Source: Bacilli bacterium (GTDB lineage: Bacteria; Bacillota_I; Bacilli_A; RFN20; CAG-826). From it: DNA of 64,000 nucleotides. The stretch is taken from NCBI GenBank assembly GCA_045628045.1, contig JAZQOV010000003.1:1-64000 (forward strand), given 5' to 3'. The position numbers and the translations under genes are program-made. A model generated the notes under the pieces. The model made no database searches and had not been told where the DNA came from. It saw only the letters and a list, made by a program, of their open reading frames with translations. This document shows, piece by piece, positions 1 through 9,233 of the stretch (positions within the stretch are counted from its first letter, which is position 1; each line of letters begins with the position of its first letter).

Positions 1-141
1 CAAGTTTAGAAAACTACATTCAATTAGTAGAAGAGTGGATTCGCTTTTATAATACAGACAGAATAAAAAACAAGAAGTCTTTGACTTCTCGTTCTTTGTA
101 GCTCCTTTTTTATTTTTGTGCACTATTCGGGGTGCACTTCA
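1..141 (+). mobile_element. Right end of an IS3-family (IS150-like) insertion sequence: partial transposase C-terminus (stop at 99-101) plus right terminal inverted repeat ending in CA
   Basis: The frame from nt 3 reads SLENYIQLVEEWIRFYNTDRIKNKKSLTSRSL*, matching the IS3 integrase C-terminal pattern (EYIxFYNxxR). It is followed by TTGTGCACTATTCGGGGTGCACTTCA, typical of IS3/IS150 ends. Truncated by the window start. Confidence 0.7.
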
Positions 142-154
142 ATGTTCTCTTTTT

Positions 155-1213
155 TTATAATTTCATTATCTCTTTAGTAAATTCTTCAAATATTTTTTCT
201 TCTGGAACAGTTTTTATAATCTGTTCTTTTTTAAATATTACCCATTGGCCCTTACCACCTGCACATCCAATGTCTGCACGCTTAGCTTCTCCAGGACCGT
301 TAACTATACAACCCATGACAGCAACTGTTTTATTAATGTGGTGTTCTTCCAAAAATTGAAGAATTTGCTTTGCAAAAGGAACTAAATTTACTTGAGTTCT
401 TCCACATGTTGGACATGAAATTAATGTAGGATAATCATTTCTGATTCCTAAATCTTTTAACAATCTGCGACAAGCTCGAACTTCTTCTTGAGGTTCATCA
501 GAAAGTGAGATGCGAATCGTGTCTCCGATTCCTTCAAGAAGAATAGGAGAAAGACCAGCAGTGGATCTAATAAGTCCAATGTCTTTAGGTCCTGCTTCTG
601 TAATTCCGATATGAAGTGGATATTTAAATTTTTTGCTTGCTAAACGGTACGCTTCAAGAGTTTCTAGTACATGAGAGCCTTTTAAACTTATGACCATGTC
701 ATAAAATCCCATTTTTTCAAGCATTTTGACCATCTTGTCAGCAGACTTGACCAATTCCTTAGCTTTTACAATTTCAGTGCCGTTATTTACGTTTTTATCA
801 ATAGAACCTGAATTGACGCCAATCCTAATAGGAATGTGTTTTTCTTTGCAAAGGTCGACAACTTTCTTAACATTTTCTGCATCGCCAATGTTTCCAGGGT
901 TTAATCTAACAGCATTAACTCCTGAATTAATCGATTCTATTGCAAGTCTATAATCAAAATGAATGTCTGCAATTAAAGGAATTGAAATTTTGCTAACAAT
1001 TTCCTTAATTGCTTTTGCATCGTCCATGTCTAAAACAGAGACACGCATTAAATCTGCGCCTAACAAGGCGCACTCATTGATTTGTTTAACAACTTCATTA
1101 ACTTTTGAAGTCTTAATATTACACATGGATTGAATCAAAACCTTATTAGATCCACCCATTGTTATGTTGCCTATTTTTATTTGTTTAGTTTTGTTTCTAG
1201 GTAAAATTTTCAT
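155..1213 (-). CDS. ispG: (E)-4-hydroxy-3-methylbut-2-enyl-diphosphate synthase
   Basis: QSM, ADIHF, RLNPGNIG, IRIGVNSGS and HIGITEAG motifs; CPTCGR..GCIVNGPGE Fe-S motif. Confidence 0.97.
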   Translation of the reverse strand: MKILPRNKTKQIKIGNITMGGSNKVLIQSMCNIKTSKVNEVVKQINECALLGADLMRVSVLDMDDAKAIKEIVSKISIPLIADIHFDYRLAIESINSGVNAVRLNPGNIGDAENVKKVVDLCKEKHIPIRIGVNSGSIDKNVNNGTEIVKAKELVKSADKMVKMLEKMGFYDMVISLKGSHVLETLEAYRLASKKFKYPLHIGITEAGPKDIGLIRSTAGLSPILLEGIGDTIRISLSDEPQEEVRACRRLLKDLGIRNDYPTLISCPTCGRTQVNLVPFAKQILQFLEEHHINKTVAVMGCIVNGPGEAKRADIGCAGGKGQWVIFKKEQIIKTVPEEKIFEEFTKEIMKL

Positions 1214-1219
1214 ACTAAG

Positions 1220-1228
1220 ATTATAACA
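1220..1228 (-). promoter_or_regulatory. Extended -10 promoter (TGtTATAAT) 6 nt before the ispG ATG; probable leaderless mRNA
   Basis: Minus strand reads TGT-TATAAT-CTTAGT-ATG with no SD. Confidence 0.6.
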
Positions 1229-1302
1229 AAGATAAAATATCTTGTAGATATATTTTAACTAATGTGATATTATTTTTCTCGCAAAAGCAAAGGAGAAAAC
1301 CT

Positions 1303-1455
1303 ATGCCAAGAGAAAATATTACACTTAAGTGCACAGTTTGCGGTGAAGAAAATTACATCACCAACAAAAATAAAAAAGAACATCCGGACAGAATGGAAAC
1401 AAAGAAATACTGCTGGAAGTGCAAAAAACACACTATGCACAAGGAGAAAAAGTAA
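1303..1455 (+). CDS. rpmG: 50S ribosomal protein L33 (zinc-ribbon, C+ type)
   Basis: [36 protein letters not shown] places the start at ATG 1303, not the longer track ORF. Confidence 0.97.
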   Translation: MPRENITLKCTVCGEENYITNKNKKEHPDRMETKKYCWKCKKHTMHKEKK

Positions 1456-1475
1456 GGATTAATCCTTATTTTTTT
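1454..1475 (+). terminator. Short intrinsic terminator after rpmG
   Basis: AAGGA-TTAA-TCCTT followed by a T tract. Confidence 0.45.
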
Positions 1476-1481
1476 ATATAA

Positions 1482-2123
1482 ATGGTCGACATTTATTATT
1501 CGAGAGTTGGAAGTAATACTTACATTGTTTTCAATGAAAACGATGAAGGCTTTTTAGTAGATCCAGGCTATTCAAACAATAACGCTGTTGTCGACCATAT
1601 TAAAAAATTAAATAAGAAAATTAAAGGTATTTTGTTAACACATGGTCATTATGACCATATTTACGCTCTAGAAGAAGTTTGCAAGCTTTATCCAGATGCA
1701 AAAGTTTACATTTCATCAAAAGAAAAAGACTTTTTAACGGATAAAGACCTTAACTTATGTTTAGACGCAGAGATTGGTGGTGCTAAACTGCTTAATTTCG
1801 TCCCAAACAACTTAGTTGAAGTTACCGATAATGAAGAAATTGTGATTGGAAACTTCAAAATTAAAGTGCTTGAGACACCTTTTCACACACAAGGAAGCGT
1901 TTGTTATTTCATCAAAGATGAAAAACTATTATTTACAGGTGATACGTTGTTTTTTACAACCATTGGAAGAAGCGATTTGCCAACTGGTTCTACAAGAACA
2001 ATTTCGTCATCATTAAGAAAACTAGTTGAACTTCCAGATGATTTAAAGGTTTATCCAGGACATGGTCCAATTACAACTTTAGATCGTGAAAAGAAACATA
2101 ATGCTTATTTGAAAAATATCTAA
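1482..2123 (+). CDS. MBL-fold metallo-hydrolase (glyoxalase II/YcbL-like)
   Basis: THGHYDH, HTQGS, FTGDTLF and PGHG motifs. Confidence 0.9.
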   Translation: MVDIYYSRVGSNTYIVFNENDEGFLVDPGYSNNNAVVDHIKKLNKKIKGILLTHGHYDHIYALEEVCKLYPDAKVYISSKEKDFLTDKDLNLCLDAEIGGAKLLNFVPNNLVEVTDNEEIVIGNFKIKVLETPFHTQGSVCYFIKDEKLLFTGDTLFFTTIGRSDLPTGSTRTISSSLRKLVELPDDLKVYPGHGPITTLDREKKHNAYLKNI

Positions 2124-2161
2124 TATTTAGATATAATTTGTATGTTTTAGAGGAAAATTAA

Positions 2162-2716
2162 ATGAATGTTACTGAATTAAGACCAGGTTATTATTTCTTA
2201 GATGAAGGCAATCTTTATTTAGTTTTAGACATTCTTCTAAACAAAACAGCCATGAGAAAGATGGTTGCTAAAATTAAGGCAAAAAACATGCGTACAGGCG
2301 CGATTACTGAGCTCGCACGTAACTCTGGCTACGATGTAGAAAAAACATCAATTAGCAAGAAGAAAATGTCATATCTCTATGATGCTGGCGAAACATTAGT
2401 CTTTATGGACAATGATACATTCGATCAGATTGAGATTCAAAAAGCTAAATTAGAATGGGAACTAAACTTCTTAGTTGCCAATTCTGAGATAGATATCGTC
2501 TTCTTTGAAGACGAGATACTTGGTATCTCACTTCCACAAACAGTCGAACTCACAATTGCTGATTGTGAATTAAGTGTTCGTGGTGATACCATTAATAGAG
2601 CCCTTAAAGTGGCTACTTTAGAGACTGGATATAAGATCAAAGTGCCTGAATTTATTAATGCAGGTGACAAAGTTCTTATACGTACAGACACAGGCGATTA
2701 TAACGGTCGCGCATAG
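2162..2716 (+). CDS. efp: Elongation factor P with a non-canonical TAMR loop
   Basis: ELRPG, KNMRTG, YLY..FMDNDTFDQ and ATLETG..VP.FI..GD..RTDTG.Y.GRA motifs. Confidence 0.95.
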   Translation: MNVTELRPGYYFLDEGNLYLVLDILLNKTAMRKMVAKIKAKNMRTGAITELARNSGYDVEKTSISKKKMSYLYDAGETLVFMDNDTFDQIEIQKAKLEWELNFLVANSEIDIVFFEDEILGISLPQTVELTIADCELSVRGDTINRALKVATLETGYKIKVPEFINAGDKVLIRTDTGDYNGRA

Positions 2717-2725
2717 GAGAAAAAG

Positions 2726-2965
2726 ATGAATTTATTAATTTTTAGTGAAATTCAAACTGGTGCTTTGGTTGGTATCATTGTTGGCTGCTTAGTAGCAGGA
2801 CTTATTGTTGGTTTCTTTTTATCACGTTGGTTCTTTAAACGCGAACTTCAAAAGAATCCTCCAATCAACGAAAACATGATTCGCGCCATGTTTATGCAAA
2901 TGGGACGTAAGCCAAGTGAGGCTCAAATCCGCGCAGTCATGAATTCAATGAAACGCAATTCATAA
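2726..2965 (+). CDS. yneF: YneF family (UPF0154) membrane protein
   Basis: N-terminal TM segment, then NPPINENMIRAMFMQMGRKPSE. Confidence 0.92.
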   Translation: MNLLIFSEIQTGALVGIIVGCLVAGLIVGFFLSRWFFKRELQKNPPINENMIRAMFMQMGRKPSEAQIRAVMNSMKRNS

Positions 2966-2985
2966 GGCGAAACAAGAATTGATGG

Positions 2986-3010
2986 AGCGTTCCTCACGGG
3001 ACGCTTTTTT
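2986..3010 (+). terminator. Intrinsic terminator of efp-yneF
   Basis: AGCGTTCC-TCAC-GGGACGCT stem plus T tract. Confidence 0.8.
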
Positions 3011-3095
3011 CATGCCTTAATGAGCCTAATTTTATATAATATTTTTTCAACAATCGTAGTAGTGGTGGTGGAAGCTGATTTTCAAAAAATGTCAA
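2994..3095 (-). CDS. Putative 33-aa sORF with a PPP motif (MTFFENQLPPPLLRLLKKYYIKLGSLRHEKSVP)
   Basis: GGAGG SD (3103-3107) 7 nt before TTG; open to TGA at 2994-2996; not in the ORF track. Confidence 0.35.
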   Translation of the reverse strand: MTFFENQLPPPLLRLLKKYYIKLGSLRHEKSVP

Positions 3096-3167
3096 TTAAA
3101 AACCTCCATAGATTCTACACTTTTTTGTGTATCCACAATGAAGGCTTGTACTAATTCACAATTAATA

Positions 3168-3188
3168 AAACTACTAATTTTCTACTAA
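3168..3188 (+). repeat. 21-bp motif AAACTACTAA-WTWT-CTACTAA, copy 1
   Basis: AAACTACTAATTTTCTACTAA; near-identical copies at 11636 and 19285. Confidence 0.8.
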
Positions 3189-3202
3189 ATTCTTTACGAA
3201 TG

Positions 3203-3949
3203 CTATTTCATCCATTTGATTTTATTTTCGCATCCGTTTAATAACTTTTTTATGTTACTTCTGTGTCTAAAAATTAAGATCAAAGTCATAACTGTTGTGA
3301 CAATTGCATAATCGAGTCCGACATTTGACCAAAGCTCAACTATTCCAAATCCGATGAAGAATAAGTTGGTGTCAAAACCTGTAAATTTAGAAATAAAGAA
3401 TAAAGCCCAAGCACATAAAGTAGCAACAATTGAACCGATCATTGATGAAATAGATACAATTTTTGTCTTTTTAAGGGTGGCTCCAAATGATAAAAAACCG
3501 ACCACAAACGATAACCAACACGTGAAAAGTGCAAATCCTGAGTAGTTTGAAACAGCCTTTCCACCCCTAAAATCAAGATAAATTGGCCAACAATGCCCAA
3601 TAGTTGCTCCTAAAGGAGCAAAAAGAATAATTAAAGATCCGTTATTGTAAAAATCTTCGCCAAAATTTTTGACCATGATTTTACTTAATCCGGCGAATTT
3701 TAACAAAATCCATACTAAAAACATTGGCAAAATTGTCTTTAAAGCATCCAAAAGAATAGTGACTGCTCCAAGTTTCATGCCGAAAACTCTTCCTACATTT
3801 GTTCCGCCTGAATTTTTAGATCCTTTTTCACGTGGGTCTTCACCCCTAAAGAGTCTACAAAGTATGACTCCAACTGGAATTGAACCAAAAAAATAACCAA
3901 TAATTAATGATGCTAAACAAGCAATTATATTATATAAAATAATATCCAC
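3203..3949 (-). CDS. plsY: Glycerol-3-phosphate acyltransferase PlsY
   Basis: GSIP, GSKNSGGTNVGR, GHCWP..FRGGKAV and RHRSNI motifs; divergent from parE. Confidence 0.93.
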   Translation of the reverse strand: MDIILYNIIACLASLIIGYFFGSIPVGVILCRLFRGEDPREKGSKNSGGTNVGRVFGMKLGAVTILLDALKTILPMFLVWILLKFAGLSKIMVKNFGEDFYNNGSLIILFAPLGATIGHCWPIYLDFRGGKAVSNYSGFALFTCWLSFVVGFLSFGATLKKTKIVSISSMIGSIVATLCAWALFFISKFTGFDTNLFFIGFGIVELWSNVGLDYAIVTTVMTLILIFRHRSNIKKLLNGCENKIKWMK

Positions 3950-4046
3950 TTCAAATCTCCCAATTTACCTAATAATGATACAAAAAAAGTGCTTTAGATT
4001 ACAACAAATATTTTGTTATAATCAAGCATTGAAAGCGAGCAAAACC

Positions 4047-5990
4047 ATGGCAGAAAATATAGCAAAAGCTTCGTATACTGCTGCTGATATCGATATTTTA
4101 GAAGGCCTTGCTGGTGTCAGAAAAAGACCTGCAATGTACATCGGTTCAACCAACTTGACAGGTGTTCATCACCTTGTTTGGGAAATCGTTGATAACGCTG
4201 TCGATGAAGCCCTTAGTGGATACGGAGATACAATCAAAATTACCATTCACAAAGATGGATCTTTAAGCGTTGAAGACGAAGGAAGAGGAATTCCTGTCGA
4301 TATACATCGACAGACTGGAATGCCTGCTGTCCAATTAATATTTACAACACTTCACTCTGGAGGTAAGTTTTCAAACAAAGCTTATACATCTTCTGCTGGT
4401 TTACATGGTGTTGGTTCTGCTGTTACAAATGCTCTTTCAACTTATTGTGATGTTACCGTTTATAAAGCTGGAAAAATCTATCACATTCGTTTCGAAGATG
4501 GTGGAAAATTGTCAGTTCCATTAGAGGTTCTTGGTAATACCAAGAAAAGGGGAACTACTGTTCGCTTTAAACCGGATGACAGAATCTTCTCAACAACTGA
4601 TTTTAAGTTCGATATTATTTCAAACCACATACAAGAAAGTGCGTTCTTATTAAAAGGCGTAAAATTCATACTCTCTGACGAAAGAAGTGGAGAAAAAGTG
4701 GAGTTTTGTTATAAGGACGGTATAAAGGAATATATAAGCAACTTAGAGCAAGGCAAAAACACAATTGGAGACATTATTTCTTTCGAAGGAACCGAAGATT
4801 CTATATCTTTAGATATAGCAATGCAATATGCTACTCAAGATTATGGTGAGAACATTTACTCTTATGCTAATAACGTTAGAACAAGAGATGGCGGAACCCA
4901 CGAACAAGGATTTAGAGCAGGTTTAACTAAAGCAATTAACGATTACGCTGAAGAAAATGGACTTTTAAAAGGAAAAACTAAACTTGAAGGTAGCGATATT
5001 CGTGAAGGTTTAACTGCAATCATTTCTTTAAAAATTCCAGAAGAAAAACTTGAATATGAAGGACAAACCAAACAAAAACTTGGTACTCCTGAAGCTTTAC
5101 CAATCTTAACAAACTTTATATATAATAACTTAAGTTATTATCTTGATGCACATAAAGAGTTTGCAGTCTCAATTATTAAAAAATGCGTTGATGCACAAGC
5201 TACTAGAATTGCAGCACGTAAAGTTCGTGATGAAATGCGCAGCAGAAAAACTATTAAGCAAGACATCGTTCTTTCAGATAAATTAACTCCTGCAGCAAGC
5301 AAAGATTACGATCAAAATGAACTTTTCATTGTTGAAGGTGATTCTGCTGGAGGAACAGCCAAAAAGAGTCGTGATAGATTACATCAAGCAATCTTACCAC
5401 TACGTGGTAAACCACTTAATACTTTTGGCTTAACTATTGATAAAGTTCTTAAAAATGAAGAATGTGCAACGCTCATTAATACAATTGGCGCTGGTGTCAA
5501 AGAAACATTTAATGCTGACAATTCGCACTACGGAAAAGTCATCATCATGACCGATGCTGATACAGATGGTGCACATATTCAAACATTATTAATTACATTT
5601 TTCTACAACTTCATGAAACCACTCATTTTAAAGGGAAAGTTGTTTGTCGCAATGCCACCTCTTTATAGAATCTATAAAGAAGTCAACCACAAACAAGTCT
5701 ATGAATATGCATGGGATGATGAAGGTTTAGAAGAAGCTAAAAAGAGAATCGGATTTGGTTGTAAAGTCAATCGTTACAAGGGTCTTGGAGAAATGAATGA
5801 CGATCAATTAAGAGAGTCAACAATGGATCCAAAATCAAGACAACTTTTGAAGGTCACAATTGAAGATTCTTTACTTGCAGAACAAAGACTTATTACCCTT
5901 ATGGGTAATGATCCACAAACTAGACGTCAATGGATTGAAGAAAATATTAACTTCAACGAAGTTGATTCATTCATCGAGGAGGTAAAATAA
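4047..5990 (+). CDS. parE: DNA topoisomerase IV subunit B
   Basis: GHKL ATPase (EIVDNAVDE, GLHGVG) and TOPRIM (EGDSA, PLRGK, DADTDG). plsY-divergent and ter-proximal context indicates ParE. Probable start ATG 4047 after TGtTATAAT. Confidence 0.9.
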   Translation: MAENIAKASYTAADIDILEGLAGVRKRPAMYIGSTNLTGVHHLVWEIVDNAVDEALSGYGDTIKITIHKDGSLSVEDEGRGIPVDIHRQTGMPAVQLIFTTLHSGGKFSNKAYTSSAGLHGVGSAVTNALSTYCDVTVYKAGKIYHIRFEDGGKLSVPLEVLGNTKKRGTTVRFKPDDRIFSTTDFKFDIISNHIQESAFLLKGVKFILSDERSGEKVEFCYKDGIKEYISNLEQGKNTIGDIISFEGTEDSISLDIAMQYATQDYGENIYSYANNVRTRDGGTHEQGFRAGLTKAINDYAEENGLLKGKTKLEGSDIREGLTAIISLKIPEEKLEYEGQTKQKLGTPEALPILTNFIYNNLSYYLDAHKEFAVSIIKKCVDAQATRIAARKVRDEMRSRKTIKQDIVLSDKLTPAASKDYDQNELFIVEGDSAGGTAKKSRDRLHQAILPLRGKPLNTFGLTIDKVLKNEECATLINTIGAGVKETFNADNSHYGKVIIMTDADTDGAHIQTLLITFFYNFMKPLILKGKLFVAMPPLYRIYKEVNHKQVYEYAWDDEGLEEAKKRIGFGCKVNRYKGLGEMNDDQLRESTMDPKSRQLLKVTIEDSLLAEQRLITLMGNDPQTRRQWIEENINFNEVDSFIEEVK

Positions 5991-5991
5991 T

Positions 5992-8613
5992 ATGGCTAAA
6001 AAAGTTATTACTCCAGTCGAAGAAATAGTCGAAAATATTCACAGCGAAACTCTTGAAGAAATCATGGGTACTCGTTTTGCAACTTACGCAAAATATGTTA
6101 TCCAAGATCGTGCTATTCCAGATGCTCGTGATGGTTTAAAACCAGTTCAAAGACGTATCATCTATGCAATGTACAAAGATGGTAACATCTTTACTCGTCC
6201 AACAAGAAAATGTGCTCACACAGTTGGTGCTGTTATGGGCGAATACCATCCACACGGCGACTCCTCAATCTATGAAGCATTAGTTAGAATGTCACAAGAT
6301 TGGAAGTTAAATAATCCATTAATCGATTTCCAAGGTAATAATGGATCAATCGATGGTGATGGACCAGCAGCTTATCGTTATACAGAATCAAGACTTTCTC
6401 AAATCGCTGAAGAAATGGTTCGTGATATCGACAAAGAAACTGTTGATATGGCTTTAACATTTGATGACTCACAATTTGAGCCAGTTGTTTTGCCTTCAAG
6501 ATTCCCTAATTTACTTGTCAACGGAACCGAAGGTATTGCTGTCGGAATGGCTACTGATATTCCTACACATAACCTCAAAGAGGTTATTGATGCAATTATT
6601 TATCGTATAAATCACGTAAGAGTTGAACCTCTCGATTTAATGCAATTTATTAAGGGTCCAGACTTCCCAAGTGGTGGTGTTATTTACGCTTCAAAAGGCC
6701 TAGAAGAAATGTATACCGATGGCCATGGTCGTATCGAAGTTGCAGCAAAAGCAGAGATTGTTGATACACCAAAGCAAAAAGCAATTATTGTAACAGAAAT
6801 TCCTTACAGAGCTTTAAAGATTCAACTTGTTCATGAAATTGATATGTTAAAACATAGTAATGTTTTACCAGGTATTCAAGAAGTCCGTGATGAATCTGAT
6901 AGAAACGGTATTAGAATCGTTATAGAAATCAAAAAAGAAGCAAAAATTGATGTTATCTACAAATATTTGATGACCAAATCTGGATTAAAACTTTCATATT
7001 CAGCAAACATGGTCGCAATTGTTAATGGTTCACCAAAAACCATGAATTTACTTGATTTCGTAGACAGTTACATCAATCACCAAGTCGACGTTATTACAAG
7101 ACGTTCAACATATGATTTTGCTAAATCAAAAGGTCGTTTAGATATCGTAAATGGCTTAATTAAAGCAATCTCAATTCTTGACCAAGTTGTCGAAGTAATT
7201 CGTGCATCAAAAGACAAACAAGATGCTAAGAAAAACTTGCAAGAAAAGTTTGGTTTTAGTGAAGCTCAAAGTGAAGCAATTGTCATGTTACAACTTTATA
7301 AGTTGTCCAACACGGATATAACCATTTTAGAGAATGAAAAGAAAGCTCTTGAAGAGAACATTGAATTCTTAAATGGAATCCTTGAAGATCGTAATAAACT
7401 TAACCGTTTACTTATCAAAGATTTGAAGACTATTGCGGACAAATATGGCTACGATAGAAAAACTCAAATCATTGAAAAAGAAGAAACAAAACAAATTGAT
7501 GTTCGCGACTTAATCGCTAAAGAAGAAGTAATGGTTGCAGTTTCTAGAGATGGTTACTTCAAACAATCAAGCATCAAATCATTCAAGAGTAGCGGAGACG
7601 ATGCTCTTCCAGGATTAAAGGATGGCGATGCATGCGTATTCTCTGGAAATGTTATGACAACTGATTATTTAATCAGTTTCACTAACTTAGGAAACTTCCT
7701 TTATATTCCAGTTTATGAAATTCCAAGTGAAAAATGGAAAGATGAGGGAAAACACATCAACACAAAGATTTCTTTAAATCCTAATGAAAAAATTGTGCGT
7801 GTATACGCGGTAGAGAAGTTCAGAAATGATTTATTCTTTGTCCTTGTATCAAAACATGGTCAAATTAAACGTTTATCCTTAGATAACTTCTCAGTAATTC
7901 GTTATTCAAAAGCATTAATTTGTATGAAATTATTACAAAATGATGAACTTGCAGATGTTGTGTTCACAAATGGTAATAATGATGTCATGCTATTCACAAG
8001 CGACGGAAACGCGACATTCTATAATGAGAATGAATTACCAAATTCAGGTATGAGAAGTGGCGGTGTTAAAGCTATTTCTAAACTCGGACAAGCAACAATC
8101 GTTAATGCAATTGCTTATGAACACGAAAATGTTGATGGAAAAGTAATGCTAATTACCGACAAAGGCGCAATCAGAATTTATGATCCAGAAAAGACAACAT
8201 TAGTCACTCGTTTAGGCAAGCCATCACAAGTGTTCAAATCATTCAAATCTGAAGAACATAAATTAGTGTACGCTGCTAAGGTTGATACAAGTCTCGAATC
8301 TAATAAAATTAGATTCTTAACCAATCTTAAAGAGATTAAAGAAGTCACTGTAGATGATTATCATTTGACCCCAATGGATTATTATTGTCACGACTCAATT
8401 GATATCGGTAAAAAGAACAAACTTGAGATACCGTTTGTGATGGGAAATGATAGAATTCTCGCCTCGACAATTTCACACATCGTTGAAGTTCCAGAAGTTG
8501 TGAAAGTAGAGGAGCCTATCAGTGAAATTGCCTCTTCTAAAGAAGAAGATCCAATTCCAGAAAAAGGTTACACTCAAATCTCCATCTTTGATGACGACGA
8601 CGAAAATAATTAA
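5992..8613 (+). CDS. parC: DNA topoisomerase IV subunit A
   Basis: DGLKPVQRR, YHPHGD and AAYRYTE active site; C-terminal pinwheel with no evident GyrA-box. Confidence 0.9.
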   Translation: MAKKVITPVEEIVENIHSETLEEIMGTRFATYAKYVIQDRAIPDARDGLKPVQRRIIYAMYKDGNIFTRPTRKCAHTVGAVMGEYHPHGDSSIYEALVRMSQDWKLNNPLIDFQGNNGSIDGDGPAAYRYTESRLSQIAEEMVRDIDKETVDMALTFDDSQFEPVVLPSRFPNLLVNGTEGIAVGMATDIPTHNLKEVIDAIIYRINHVRVEPLDLMQFIKGPDFPSGGVIYASKGLEEMYTDGHGRIEVAAKAEIVDTPKQKAIIVTEIPYRALKIQLVHEIDMLKHSNVLPGIQEVRDESDRNGIRIVIEIKKEAKIDVIYKYLMTKSGLKLSYSANMVAIVNGSPKTMNLLDFVDSYINHQVDVITRRSTYDFAKSKGRLDIVNGLIKAISILDQVVEVIRASKDKQDAKKNLQEKFGFSEAQSEAIVMLQLYKLSNTDITILENEKKALEENIEFLNGILEDRNKLNRLLIKDLKTIADKYGYDRKTQIIEKEETKQIDVRDLIAKEEVMVAVSRDGYFKQSSIKSFKSSGDDALPGLKDGDACVFSGNVMTTDYLISFTNLGNFLYIPVYEIPSEKWKDEGKHINTKISLNPNEKIVRVYAVEKFRNDLFFVLVSKHGQIKRLSLDNFSVIRYSKALICMKLLQNDELADVVFTNGNNDVMLFTSDGNATFYNENELPNSGMRSGGVKAISKLGQATIVNAIAYEHENVDGKVMLITDKGAIRIYDPEKTTLVTRLGKPSQVFKSFKSEEHKLVYAAKVDTSLESNKIRFLTNLKEIKEVTVDDYHLTPMDYYCHDSIDIGKKNKLEIPFVMGNDRILASTISHIVEVPEVVKVEEPISEIASSKEEDPIPEKGYTQISIFDDDDENN

Positions 8614-8616
8614 TAA

Positions 8617-8643
8617 AAAGGCACCTCATTAAGGGGTGCTTTT
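8617..8643 (+). terminator. Intrinsic terminator after parC
   Basis: AAGGCACCTC..GGGGTGCTTT hairpin. Confidence 0.75.
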
Positions 8644-8711
8644 CATATACGCGTTTTATATTTCTCATTAGAAAACTTTTATTTTTCTAATTTTCAATTA
8701 TAATTAGTAAT

Positions 8712-9233
8712 ATGTTAAAAAGATTCATTCCTTTTGCTCATGCTAAATCAATTTATGAAATTGATGTTGGTTTCTACAAAAAACTCAATATTAAATACGT
8801 ATTTGCAGATTTAGATAACACCTTAGATTCATACAAGCAAAAGACTCCATTAGCTAAAGCTAAAGAACTCAAAAACTTGCTAAACAAAAATGGAATTGAA
8901 CTCTTAATAACATCAAATAACACTGGAAAACGTGTTACTGAATATTCTAAAGATTTGGGTGTTAGATATTTCCCATCATTAGGAAAACCGTTCTCAGTAA
9001 AATTAAGAAAATTACTTAAACAATTTAACATCAAAAATGAAGAAGCTATATTAGTAGGAGATCAAATTGTTACAGATGTAAGTTGTGCAAATGGCGCAGG
9101 AATTAAATCTGTATTAACAGAAAAACTAGTTAAAGAAGATCAGCCAACAACAAGGTTTAATAGATTATTCGATACACCTCTTAGGAAGAGGTTAAATAAA
9201 AAGAATTTACTAAAAGATTGGAGAGAATTCTAA
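8712..9233 (+). CDS. yqeG: YqeG family HAD IIIA phosphatase
   Basis: DLDNTL, SNN, KP and VGDQ..TD motifs; upstream of yqeH. Confidence 0.92.
   Translation: MLKRFIPFAHAKSIYEIDVGFYKKLNIKYVFADLDNTLDSYKQKTPLAKAKELKNLLNKNGIELLITSNNTGKRVTEYSKDLGVRYFPSLGKPFSVKLRKLLKQFNIKNEEAILVGDQIVTDVSCANGAGIKSVLTEKLVKEDQPTTRFNRLFDTPLRKRLNKKNLLKDWREF

Noticed and set aside
3129-3160. DnaA-box-like 9-mers GTATCCACA and TAATTCACA
   Set aside because: Only two imperfect matches, no dnaA/dnaN nearby, and the region is the terminus rather than the origin.
3975-8613. gyrB/gyrA assignment for the type II topoisomerase pair
   Set aside because: plsY-divergent, ter-proximal context and the lack of a clear GyrA-box favour parE/parC.
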